DNA from: a virus
Taxonomy: Duplodnaviria; Heunggongvirae; Uroviricota; Caudoviricetes
Direction: 5' to 3' (one strand)
Length of the DNA stretch: 26,231 bases
Virus record (IMG/VR): IMGVR_UViG_3300034093_001947
Below are positions 8,329 through 15,695 of the stretch, one piece after another. Under the pieces are notes generated by a model, which saw only the letters and a list, made by a program, of their open reading frames with translations, searched no databases and was not told where the DNA came from. Made by a program: the position numbers and the translations under genes. Every line of letters starts with the position of its first letter. Position 1 is the first letter of the stretch.

Positions 8329-9879
8329 ATGGCTATCTATGATTTCTTCCTAAGCCGCAACAATGGTCCCACAGTTGCCAACTATGTTGGTCATGCTGGC
8401 AAATTGTTCTATGACTCTTCTGAACGAGTATTGAGAATTAGCGATGGCACTACTACTGGCGGTGAAGTGCTTAATGGGCTAATCACTGTTAACACAGTTG
8501 AACCTACTAATAACTTTCAAGGACAAGTTTGGCTTAATCCGCAAACATTTGAACTAAGCATTTATCACAGCGGCAACTTTATCCCTACAATTGACACAGC
8601 TACATCAACTAAAATAGGTGGTGTTAAACTAGGGCCAGGCGTTACTACTAACGAAAGCGGCCAGATTATTATTGACAGCACTGGATTAGATTTCTCGTTT
8701 GGCGACCTTGCTTCTACAATAGAAACTTACACTGATAATAATGATTACGCTGTTCTACAAACAATCAATCTTAATGAAGATTTAATTCTAGCTTCAAATG
8801 GCACAGGCGGCATACACGTTGTTGGTGAGTTTAGAGTCCACGCAACTAACGGAGCACTTCTAGAAACATTAGAAAGTATTCCAGCGTTTGAAATCAAAGC
8901 AGACGGACAGGTTAAGATGTTGGTGCCAACGATTGACAGCCAAGAAGGTGCTGTGAGTATTGTAGGTAGTTCAACTGGCGAATTTATCTCGCCTGTTAAC
9001 ACAGGTATTATGCTACATGTCACAGGACAGTATGCTGTACCAGGTATCCCATCAAGAATATATAATGACGCACAGGGATCATTTGCGGCATTTGTCGCTC
9101 GCCGATACAACGGCACAGTGGCAAGTCCCACAGCAGTATTGGCCAATGAAGAGATCATGCGTCTCAGCGGCACAGCACACAACGGCACGTCAATTCCAGC
9201 CGCAGCCAATCAGCGTATTATCTATGTGGCCCGAGGCAATCAAACAACCAGCAACCAAGGTGGTGCTATAGAGTTTTGGGCTACGCCTATAAACACTACT
9301 ACCATTGCTAAAGTGGCTAGTGTAGACAGCACAGGTATCGCACTTGAATCTGGCAAGGTGTTGACAGGCAATGTTACTGGCAATGTCACAGGCAATGTTA
9401 CAGGTGATGTCACTGGTAACGCTGGATCAGTAGCAGCCGCTAACATCACAGGTACAACACTAGCCGCAACCGTGGTCACAAGCAGTTTGACTAGTGTGGG
9501 CACATTGGGTAGCCTCTCAGTCACAAACCTAGTCACTGCTAAAAACTATAGTGGGCAGGTTCGCAACCTTGGAACTATCACTGCCGGTGCTGGTACGGAG
9601 ATTACCATAGACTTTGCCACTGACCATATGGTTCGCTTTAACTATACCACTGAACCAGTACAGGTAGCATTTACCAACTATTCAGCAGGCAAGACAGTGA
9701 CTTTGATTGCTGTTAATACCAATGCGGCCAATCGTCAACTTGAAATAGGTATCGCAGCCGCAAACGCACAAGGAGTATCAACATTAGATGTTGATGGTAA
9801 CGAAACTGCTATCGTGACTTACTACTGTACAGGTGCCACTGTTAACGATGTATTTGCCAGCACGGTATATACTATATAA
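8329..9879 (+). CDS. Tail fibre protein with Mtd-N-like anchor
   Basis: YVGHAGKLFYDSSERVLRISDGTTTGG, TATSTKIGGVKLG motif, and a (VTGN/D)n fibre repeat. Confidence 0.7.
   Translation: MAIYDFFLSRNNGPTVANYVGHAGKLFYDSSERVLRISDGTTTGGEVLNGLITVNTVEPTNNFQGQVWLNPQTFELSIYHSGNFIPTIDTATSTKIGGVKLGPGVTTNESGQIIIDSTGLDFSFGDLASTIETYTDNNDYAVLQTINLNEDLILASNGTGGIHVVGEFRVHATNGALLETLESIPAFEIKADGQVKMLVPTIDSQEGAVSIVGSSTGEFISPVNTGIMLHVTGQYAVPGIPSRIYNDAQGSFAAFVARRYNGTVASPTAVLANEEIMRLSGTAHNGTSIPAAANQRIIYVARGNQTTSNQGGAIEFWATPINTTTIAKVASVDSTGIALESGKVLTGNVTGNVTGNVTGDVTGNAGSVAAANITGTTLAATVVTSSLTSVGTLGSLSVTNLVTAKNYSGQVRNLGTITAGAGTEITIDFATDHMVRFNYTTEPVQVAFTNYSAGKTVTLIAVNTNAANRQLEIGIAAANAQGVSTLDVDGNETAIVTYYCTGATVNDVFASTVYTI
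9364..9420 (+). repeat. 12-nt coding tandem repeat encoding (TGNV/TGDV)x4-5
   Basis: acaggcaatgtt actggcaatgtc acaggcaatgtt acaggtgatgtc actggtaac. Confidence 0.85.
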
Positions 9880-9892
9880 GATAAGTAACATT

Positions 9893-10345
9893 ATGAAAAA
9901 ACTATTATTAACCCTATTATTAGCAGCCGCAGCAGTACCTGCTCTGGCACAAAAAACACCACAAGGTGTTACCTATGACGCACAGATTCTGCGTATTACT
10001 GATGGCGACACAGTTGTTATTGCAGCACCGTTCCTACCTAAACCACTAAAACCCGAGTTGGCTATTCGTGTGTTTGGTGTAGACACTCCAGAGAAAGGCT
10101 TCCGTGCTCAATGTCCTCAAGAAGCACAGCGTGGAGAAGCAGCCTCTGCATTTACCAAAAATGCCATTGCACAGGCGGCAGCACAAGGCGGCAAGTTCCA
10201 AGTTACTATGTATGGTTGGGACAAGTTTGGCGGTCGTGTGCTAGGAGACATTCTAGTCAACGGACAGAGCCTACGTGCTGCTCTGATCGCCAACGGTTTC
10301 GCCCGTGAGTACTACGGCGAAGCTAAACAAAGCTGGTGCCAGTAA
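9893..10345 (+). CDS. Thermonuclease (staphylococcal nuclease-like) with signal peptide
   Basis: True start is probably ATG 9893 (MKKLLLTLLLAAAAVPALA, Sec signal with A-X-A). SNase catalytic motifs DGDT, IRVFGVDTPE and DKFGGRVL are present. Confidence 0.9.
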   Translation: MKKLLLTLLLAAAAVPALAQKTPQGVTYDAQILRITDGDTVVIAAPFLPKPLKPELAIRVFGVDTPEKGFRAQCPQEAQRGEAASAFTKNAIAQAAAQGGKFQVTMYGWDKFGGRVLGDILVNGQSLRAALIANGFAREYYGEAKQSWCQ

Positions 10346-10467
10346 TGAGATATTTCCTTGATTGTATGATTGAGGGACTAGCAAGATTTGGTTGTGGAAT
10401 GGCTGGCCTAGCTTATCCACATGACTATGAAGAACCCACCTTAGGGCCCGTTGATCGTAACGGTTAG
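10345..10467 (+). CDS. 40-aa hypothetical small protein (MRYFLDCMIEGLARFGCGMAGLAYPHDYEEPTLGPVDRNG)
   Basis: ATG overlaps the SNase stop (TAATG). Below the ORF-track cutoff. Confidence 0.45.
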   Translation: MRYFLDCMIEGLARFGCGMAGLAYPHDYEEPTLGPVDRNG

Positions 10468-10536
10468 GAGCTTGCTCCAGGCGTCCGGATGAATAAGACT
10501 GTACCCCGTCAGTGTACGCTGGAGAAAGTAACCAGC
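10448..10536 (+). ncRNA. Candidate structured RNA element (unidentified)
   Basis: GC-rich island with several short helices: CCGTT/AACGG, GGAG-CTTG-CTCC, GGCGT/ACGCT, ACTG/CAGT, GCTGG/CCAGC, GGTTA/TAACC. Confidence 0.35.
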
Positions 10537-10573
10537 AATAATACTTTAATTTTGATTGTGAGATAACTACACT

Positions 10574-11317
10574 ATGTTCACATTAACTAGAAACTCACTG
10601 ATAGTATTCCAAATACTAGCACATCTTTCATTCTTTGTACTGCTTTATTACGGCACACTTGCACAATGGGCCATTACCGCAGGACTGTATCTTTTCTTTG
10701 CCACTATCGGTGGTACAGTAACTTATCACAGATTACTGACTCACAGATCCTTTAAAGCACCCAAGTGGTTTGAATATTTTGGAACCGTTGTGGGATCAAT
10801 TGGTGGTGGTGGTTCTAGCCTAGGTTGGGTAGCTGTGCATAGAGAACATCACAAGTTTACTGATCTCGAGAAGGATCCCCACAGTCCCTGGTTTAAAGGT
10901 TTCTTTAGAGTACAATTTTTAAGTATGTTTGAAGTACCTAATATTCGTTACGTACCGGACCTGTTGCGTTCTAAATTTCATATGTGGATGCATCATTACT
11001 ACTGGCTAGTAAATTTAATTTATATCACAATCATCTGCCTAATCGATCCGTTTGCAATTTTCTATGCATACTTTGTTCCTACCTTATTTGTATGGCATGC
11101 CGGCAGTTTTACCAATACAGTAAATCATTCTCTAGGATATCAAAATTTTGACACCGGTGATCGTAGCACTAATAATCTAATCACAGGATATCTAATTGCC
11201 GGAGAAGGATGGCACAATAATCATCATTCTCGTGCTAGCGATCCGCAATTTGGTAAGAAGTGGTGGGAGTTTGATCTAGGTTGGCAAGTAATTAAGCTCG
11301 TGAAAAAGGACTCCTAG
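10574..11317 (+). CDS. Delta-9-type membrane fatty acid desaturase (DesC/Ole1-like)
   Basis: Three His boxes HRLLTH, HREHH and HNNHH, plus DPHSP, NTVNH and GEGWHNNHH motifs, and hydrophobic TM segments. Confidence 0.92.
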   Translation: MFTLTRNSLIVFQILAHLSFFVLLYYGTLAQWAITAGLYLFFATIGGTVTYHRLLTHRSFKAPKWFEYFGTVVGSIGGGGSSLGWVAVHREHHKFTDLEKDPHSPWFKGFFRVQFLSMFEVPNIRYVPDLLRSKFHMWMHHYYWLVNLIYITIICLIDPFAIFYAYFVPTLFVWHAGSFTNTVNHSLGYQNFDTGDRSTNNLITGYLIAGEGWHNNHHSRASDPQFGKKWWEFDLGWQVIKLVKKDS

Positions 11318-11328
11318 GAGTCCTTTTT
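11303..11328. terminator. Bidirectional rho-independent terminator
   Basis: Perfect 26-bp palindrome AAAAAGGACTCCTAGGAGTCCTTTTT between convergent genes, overlapping the desaturase stop. Confidence 0.85.
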
Positions 11329-11363
11329 ACATCTAACAGTATTTTTGGCTATGCCTTATTATA

Positions 11364-11642
11364 TTATTTTTTATTAGATGCACCAGCATTGACAAAACTA
11401 TACATTTTTTCCGCTGTCTCAAGAACCTTTTCTAGTCCTGGAAACTCTGGCATACCAACTTTGGTAACGATCTGACCAGTCTTCTCGTCACGAGTAGCAG
11501 TCATTTCCCAACCTTGGAATTTAGAATGAAATTCTTCGCTTACTAGTCCCTTTGCCATATCTAGGATATCTGTACGGATTTCGTATCCGTTTTTATTGAA
11601 TTTAACTTCTGGCAATTTTGGGGTTTCAAATTTTGTTGACAT
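11364..11642 (-). CDS. 92-aa hypothetical protein
   Basis: Strong SD (AAGGAGA), dedicated promoter and terminator. Confidence 0.8.
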   Translation of the reverse strand: MSTKFETPKLPEVKFNKNGYEIRTDILDMAKGLVSEEFHSKFQGWEMTATRDEKTGQIVTKVGMPEFPGLEKVLETAEKMYSFVNAGASNKK

Positions 11643-11698
11643 ATTATTCTCCTTGTGTGTAATGTCTGTGTAAACAGCAACTAATTTTGCTGTCTAAG

Positions 11699-11732
11699 TA
11701 TTTATTATACAGTGTTACAAACTGTGTGTAAA
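11699..11732 (-). promoter_or_regulatory. Fused sigma70 promoter (TTTACA-N17-TATAAT) and late TAAATA box
   Basis: Minus strand reads TTTACA cacagtttgtaacactg TATAAT AAATA. -35 at 11727-11732, -10 at 11704-11709, TAAATA at 11699-11704. Confidence 0.7.
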
Positions 11733-11742
11733 GCTGAATGAC

Positions 11743-12318
11743 TTATTTTTTAAACTTGTTTACTCTTTCTTTAACAAGTTTAATAACCACATCACTCAGC
11801 ACAACTTCATAGTGGTTGCAGTCCACCTCCACTAGTTCCATATCTTCGTGATGTTTCTGGCTGGCAATAGTTACTACTCCATCATTGGGCTCGTGCATAA
11901 AAGGACTTTGCCCCTTGACTGTGACAATGTTAGTCCAGGGATGTTGTATCTTAATGTTTCTGGCCTGCTTCATAACCCAACTGCTGGGACCGATGTCACG
12001 CATCAGTCTGCTGAATGGTAAGAAGTACTGTGCATAGTCTGCTACTTCAGCACCACCATATGGTGTACTCAGTGTCACAGCACCTTTAACAGCACCGGGC
12101 ATTGAATTAGCCAAATGTAGGCTGTAAATGCCGCCTAGACTATGTGCAACAAACACTAGGTCCTTACGGTCCTGAAGTGTTGACTGCATGTCTATTAGGT
12201 TATTTTCAAACCCATTGCGACTGTCATAGTTAATGTCTAGGCCAGTGCCCAGTTTACTTTTAATATAGTTGAAGCTTTCGCTGGTGGCATTGGCACCGTG
12301 TATATACACTAAGTTCAT
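11743..12318 (-). CDS. Alpha/beta-hydrolase (lipase/esterase-like)
   Basis: YIHG oxyanion loop, nucleophile elbow AHSLGG, LSTPYGG, NDGVV (Asp) and NHYEV (His). Confidence 0.85.
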   Translation of the reverse strand: MNLVYIHGANATSESFNYIKSKLGTGLDINYDSRNGFENNLIDMQSTLQDRKDLVFVAHSLGGIYSLHLANSMPGAVKGAVTLSTPYGGAEVADYAQYFLPFSRLMRDIGPSSWVMKQARNIKIQHPWTNIVTVKGQSPFMHEPNDGVVTIASQKHHEDMELVEVDCNHYEVVLSDVVIKLVKERVNKFKK

Positions 12319-12329
12319 GCCAATATTTA

Positions 12330-12449
12330 TTAGTTTCTATATACAGCTTTGGCTTCTTCTATACGGCCTTGACGAGCAAGAATAGATGCAGCACGGGCTT
12401 CGCCAAATGCTTCTAAAAATGACCAGATTGAGTTTAAGATTGTTTTCAT
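12330..12449 (-). CDS. 39-aa hypothetical protein (MKTILNSIWSFLEAFGEARAASILARQGRIEEAKAVYRN)
   Basis: ATGA overlap with the upstream ORF, AAGGA SD, amphipathic helix. Not in the ORF track. Confidence 0.65.
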   Translation of the reverse strand: MKTILNSIWSFLEAFGEARAASILARQGRIEEAKAVYRN

Positions 12450-12622
12450 AGATAAGTTTCCTTTTGAGAATTGAATTGTCGGATATAGTTTTCCAACTGT
12501 GCGGCATCGGTAATGCCTTTAGTACTTAGATAAGCATCTAGACTTGATTGATAACTGCTACCTGGAAACATTTCGCTTAGACGTTCCATAATAGCTAGCA
12601 TTTTTTCTGATATGTATTTCAT
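12446..12622 (-). CDS. 58-aa small protein, weakly DUF3563-like
   Basis: MKYISEKMLAIMERLSEMFPGSSYQSSLDAYLSTKGITDAAQLENYIRQFNSQKETYL. AGGA SD and TAAATA box at 12667-12672 upstream. Confidence 0.65.
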   Translation of the reverse strand: MKYISEKMLAIMERLSEMFPGSSYQSSLDAYLSTKGITDAAQLENYIRQFNSQKETYL

Positions 12623-12726
12623 ATTTTCCTGTGTGTTAATGTGTAGTACTCATGGTTTCTACTGAGTATTTAGCTAGTATATGCTGCGACCGCACAAATT
12701 ACAAGGTTTTAATATACCAATAAGTG

Positions 12727-12756
12727 TGCTATACTTGTTAACACTTACGCTAAATA
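12727..12756 (+). promoter_or_regulatory. Extended -10 sigma70 element (TGnTATACT) followed by a late TAAATA box
   Basis: TG-C-TATACT at 12727-12735 and TAAATA at 12751-12756, upstream of the 12776 gene. Confidence 0.45.
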
Positions 12757-12775
12757 TTAAAAAGGATTTACCACT

Positions 12776-13072
12776 GTGAAGAGAAATACTCGTAGTCTAC
12801 TAGAAGAACTAAACGATATTGCAGTTAAAAAAGACACTGAAGCAGTTATCGAAAGTCGTGCCACACATGTGATAGACAGTGCTATCAATTTGATTCAGTC
12901 TATCAAAGAAAACTTTGATCCTGAAACTGCATACGAACTAGAGCGTAGACTATTAAACAGTATCAAAGCAGCAGATCCTTCCAAATTTACACGCGGTATA
13001 CGCAAATTACGTGACAGCAAAGAAACAGCCAAGACTCTGAAGCTGGTCGAAGGCGATGTCAAAGATGACTGA
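12776..13072 (+). CDS. 98-aa helical hypothetical protein (GTG start)
   Basis: AAGGA SD, promoter upstream. Confidence 0.7.
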   Translation: MKRNTRSLLEELNDIAVKKDTEAVIESRATHVIDSAINLIQSIKENFDPETAYELERRLLNSIKAADPSKFTRGIRKLRDSKETAKTLKLVEGDVKDD

Positions 13073-13165
13073 TTTTTGGGCATATCAGGCGTTTTTTTTA
13101 AATCGGACTAAATAAAATTACAATGCTCCGGAGCGGGGCTTGGCATTACGATTAAGGAGATTATT

Positions 13166-13549
13166 ATGCCTGGTATTAATAGAATTCACGGTGGAGTTAC
13201 AGCAGAATTTTTGCTAAGTGCTTACCAACAAACTTTCATCAAGATCACTGGTACTAACATTGGTACAGCTGACTCTGTAAACGGTACAACTGGTGCTATC
13301 ACTGACGGTAACTTTTCTAAGTCCATCCGTGCTATCCAAACTATCGCTACAACTAGCTACATTGGTCCACGTCACAATGATGGTTTCATCATTATGGTTG
13401 ACGGTGCTACTGCACAACCAACTGGCCCAGCTTATGACACAGATGCAACACCAACATTTGCTGAACGTCTAGCAGCAGTGCTAGATGCAGCTACTGGCGT
13501 AACAACTACTGTTGCTGTTCCAAGTATGTTAGCAGCTAACGTATCTTAA
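13166..13549 (+). CDS. Probable abundant virion structural protein
   Basis: Monocistronic unit: TAAATA at 13109-13114, strong SD TAAGGAG, strongly biased codons (GCT/GGT/ACT), own terminator. Confidence 0.6.
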   Translation: MPGINRIHGGVTAEFLLSAYQQTFIKITGTNIGTADSVNGTTGAITDGNFSKSIRAIQTIATTSYIGPRHNDGFIIMVDGATAQPTGPAYDTDATPTFAERLAAVLDAATGVTTTVAVPSMLAANVS

Positions 13550-13569
13550 TTCGTTAAGTTACACAGGAC

Positions 13570-13596
13570 AAGGGAGTTTTTACTCCCTTTTCTTTT
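13570..13596 (+). terminator. Rho-independent terminator
   Basis: AAGGGAGT-TTTT-ACTCCCTT followed by TTCTTTT. Confidence 0.85.
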
Positions 13597-13599
13597 GAC

Positions 13600-13607
13600 T
13601 ATAAATA
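13600..13607 (+). promoter_or_regulatory. T4-type late promoter TATAAATA
   Basis: Exact T4 late consensus between the terminator and the 13629 ATG. A second exact copy lies at 13970-13977. Confidence 0.75.
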
Positions 13608-13628
13608 TCTACATAAAGTAGGTACATA

Positions 13629-14051
13629 ATGCAAGTAATTGAAATAAAAACTCTAATCGATATCACAGATACAGGAGTACGCAGACCTAGTCAAGGAACA
13701 CAGCAACAGCTTGATCAATTTAAAAATTGGATCACATTAAAACAGTGTGTGGAACTACGCAGTGTGGTAGAGTATGATTATGCCCCCACTGTTGACAGTG
13801 TGGACATCAAGGGACTAGGGTTTGGCAGAGTATATAAAGGCAAGCATTCTGTATGGACATGGAGACTACGCCCGGACCGTGACGGCATTTATGCAGATTC
13901 AACTGGACCAATTAGCAGCTTGCTTGGTGATATTGATCAGGTTCCGATTATTCAAAAGTTAACTGAAACTATAAATATAGACAAGCCGGTTTTTGATTTA
14001 ACAGATCCGGAGTTTAAAAATACAACTATCAAATTGCTAGGTAGTGATTAA
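13629..14051 (+). CDS. Hypothetical protein
   Basis: 140-aa ORF behind a late promoter, AGGT SD. Confidence 0.75.
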   Translation: MQVIEIKTLIDITDTGVRRPSQGTQQQLDQFKNWITLKQCVELRSVVEYDYAPTVDSVDIKGLGFGRVYKGKHSVWTWRLRPDRDGIYADSTGPISSLLGDIDQVPIIQKLTETINIDKPVFDLTDPEFKNTTIKLLGSD

Positions 14052-14077
14052 AAACAATTTAGATAGGATAAACTAAT

Positions 14078-14455
14078 ATGGGGAAAGTTATTAAGATGCC
14101 TACTCAAGCAGAACGACTGGGTATAGTCGAAACCAAAGTAGAAAATTTAGACAGCAAGATCGATGATCTAAAATCAGATGTCAAAGAAATGCACGATTGT
14201 CTAGACAAAACACGTGACCTGCTAGCAGACAAGCTAGAAAAAATGCAAGAAGAATATCGTGCTAACAGCGGCAAGTTCTTCGATCATGCTGAAAAACTAC
14301 ATGCAGAAGATGTTGAATCACATGGCAAATTGTCTAATCGCATTGGCGAGCTAGAACAACTTAAAAATAAATGGATATTTATGATCTTAGGCGGTACAGC
14401 AGTACTGGGCTGGGTCACAGGACATATTGACCTAATTGCGGGCTTTCTAAAATGA
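14078..14455 (+). CDS. Coiled-coil protein with C-terminal TM helix (XhlA/holin-like candidate)
   Basis: Heptad-rich VENLDSKIDDLKSDV... followed by KWIFMILGGTAVLGWVTG. GAGG SD. Confidence 0.5.
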   Translation: MGKVIKMPTQAERLGIVETKVENLDSKIDDLKSDVKEMHDCLDKTRDLLADKLEKMQEEYRANSGKFFDHAEKLHAEDVESHGKLSNRIGELEQLKNKWIFMILGGTAVLGWVTGHIDLIAGFLK

Positions 14456-15018
14456 GAGCCAGAGAATTCCTACTCAGAGAAGCAGAGCCCACATTGGCAG
14501 ACGCACTAAGAGCAGCCGCTGCACAACAGCAGGCAGCACAACAGCCTAAAATAGGTCAGCCTACAGATCCTAATGCTGTTAAACAAGGAGTAGGAGCACA
14601 AGCTGCACAGGGTTCTGCTAGCCCTACTCAGGTCACACCAGGCGGAACACAACCTGCTGCAAAGAAACCAATGGGTATCGGACAGTCATTTATTTCTGGA
14701 CTGACCAAAGGCAAAGCTGATAGTCTAGGCGGAATGGCCGGCATGGCCAAGCAGGGTATTAAAAATATGGCTGCAAACCAGTTAGGTATGCAGAACACTG
14801 TTTCTGCAATGGGAGGTAAGCCAGTTGATGCACCCTTACAAAAACCAGAAGACATAGGAATGGCATTAAAGCCTGGTCAAACTATTGATCTTCCTAATGT
14901 GGGCAAAATCAAAGTAACTAAAAGTGGTCCTCAGGGTATTGAATTAGATACTAGTCAAGCAGCTAGTATTGGAGTACCTAAGCTAACATTGAATCCCAAG
15001 GATCTATTGCAAAAATGA
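14452..15018 (+). CDS. Low-complexity Q/A/G/P-rich protein with MRAREFLLREA N-terminus (possible internal head protein)
   Basis: ATGA overlap, and N-terminus resembling a T4 internal-protein capsid-targeting sequence. Confidence 0.6.
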   Translation: MRAREFLLREAEPTLADALRAAAAQQQAAQQPKIGQPTDPNAVKQGVGAQAAQGSASPTQVTPGGTQPAAKKPMGIGQSFISGLTKGKADSLGGMAGMAKQGIKNMAANQLGMQNTVSAMGGKPVDAPLQKPEDIGMALKPGQTIDLPNVGKIKVTKSGPQGIELDTSQAASIGVPKLTLNPKDLLQK

Positions 15019-15221
15019 AAATAGTCCAATTATTAGATGTTGCTATGCCGCTCACTAACGAAGAACACAATTTCTTCAAACATCATACAGGCAAAATTAG
15101 AATTACCGGTCTAACAGAACGTGATCAAGTCGTTGCCAGAAACCTAGTGCGTAAAGGAATTTACGAAATAAGTAACGATAATGAACACATTTTCAAAACG
15201 ACAAATGAAAAAAATTCCTGA
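15015..15221 (+). CDS. 68-aa hypothetical protein
   Basis: ATGA overlap with the upstream gene. Confidence 0.6.
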   Translation: MKIVQLLDVAMPLTNEEHNFFKHHTGKIRITGLTERDQVVARNLVRKGIYEISNDNEHIFKTTNEKNS

Positions 15222-15666
15222 TAGAGTATTCAGCAAATTTGAAACTCTGGCCAAACGTGTACTACACGATCTCAAAGCCAAAGGACATATTATACCAATA
15301 CAACAGGCTGACGGCTCTATTAAATTTGAAAAATTTCTTGTTACTAAAAACGCAGACGGTCTGTATTCTGTATCTGGCAGTAGTATTGTTTACAGAGAAA
15401 ATCTTAATCTTCCGCAATCTGCCGCACTGATCGCTAACGATCTAGCATTAGGTAGAATACAGGATACAAAGATTATAGAACTAGACAGAGATTACGGATT
15501 TAAACTGTTTGAAGAACAGCTATACCTACAGGCCAGCAAACGTAAAAAGAATACACTAGATCAGTCAATTTTTTACGAAACTCGATGCAGTATTGCAAAA
15601 ACACAAAAAGATGCACTAAAAACCCGCATCTTAAGATCCTTTAAGAAATTAATTGATATCACATAA
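15205..15666 (+). CDS. Hypothetical protein
   Basis: Likely start ATG 15205 (MKKIPD). The ORF-track start at 15181 would give a 41-nt overlap. Confidence 0.65.
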   Translation: MKKIPDRVFSKFETLAKRVLHDLKAKGHIIPIQQADGSIKFEKFLVTKNADGLYSVSGSSIVYRENLNLPQSAALIANDLALGRIQDTKIIELDRDYGFKLFEEQLYLQASKRKKNTLDQSIFYETRCSIAKTQKDALKTRILRSFKKLIDIT

Positions 15667-15695
15667 ATAATAGATATAACTTTTTTGGAAATGCC

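Noticed and set aside
10485-10528. Hammerhead ribozyme (CGGATGA ... GAAA)
   Set aside because: The core is CGGAUGA rather than CUGANGA, with no proper stem II or NUH site. Pistol, twister and SAH-riboswitch consensus patterns also fail.
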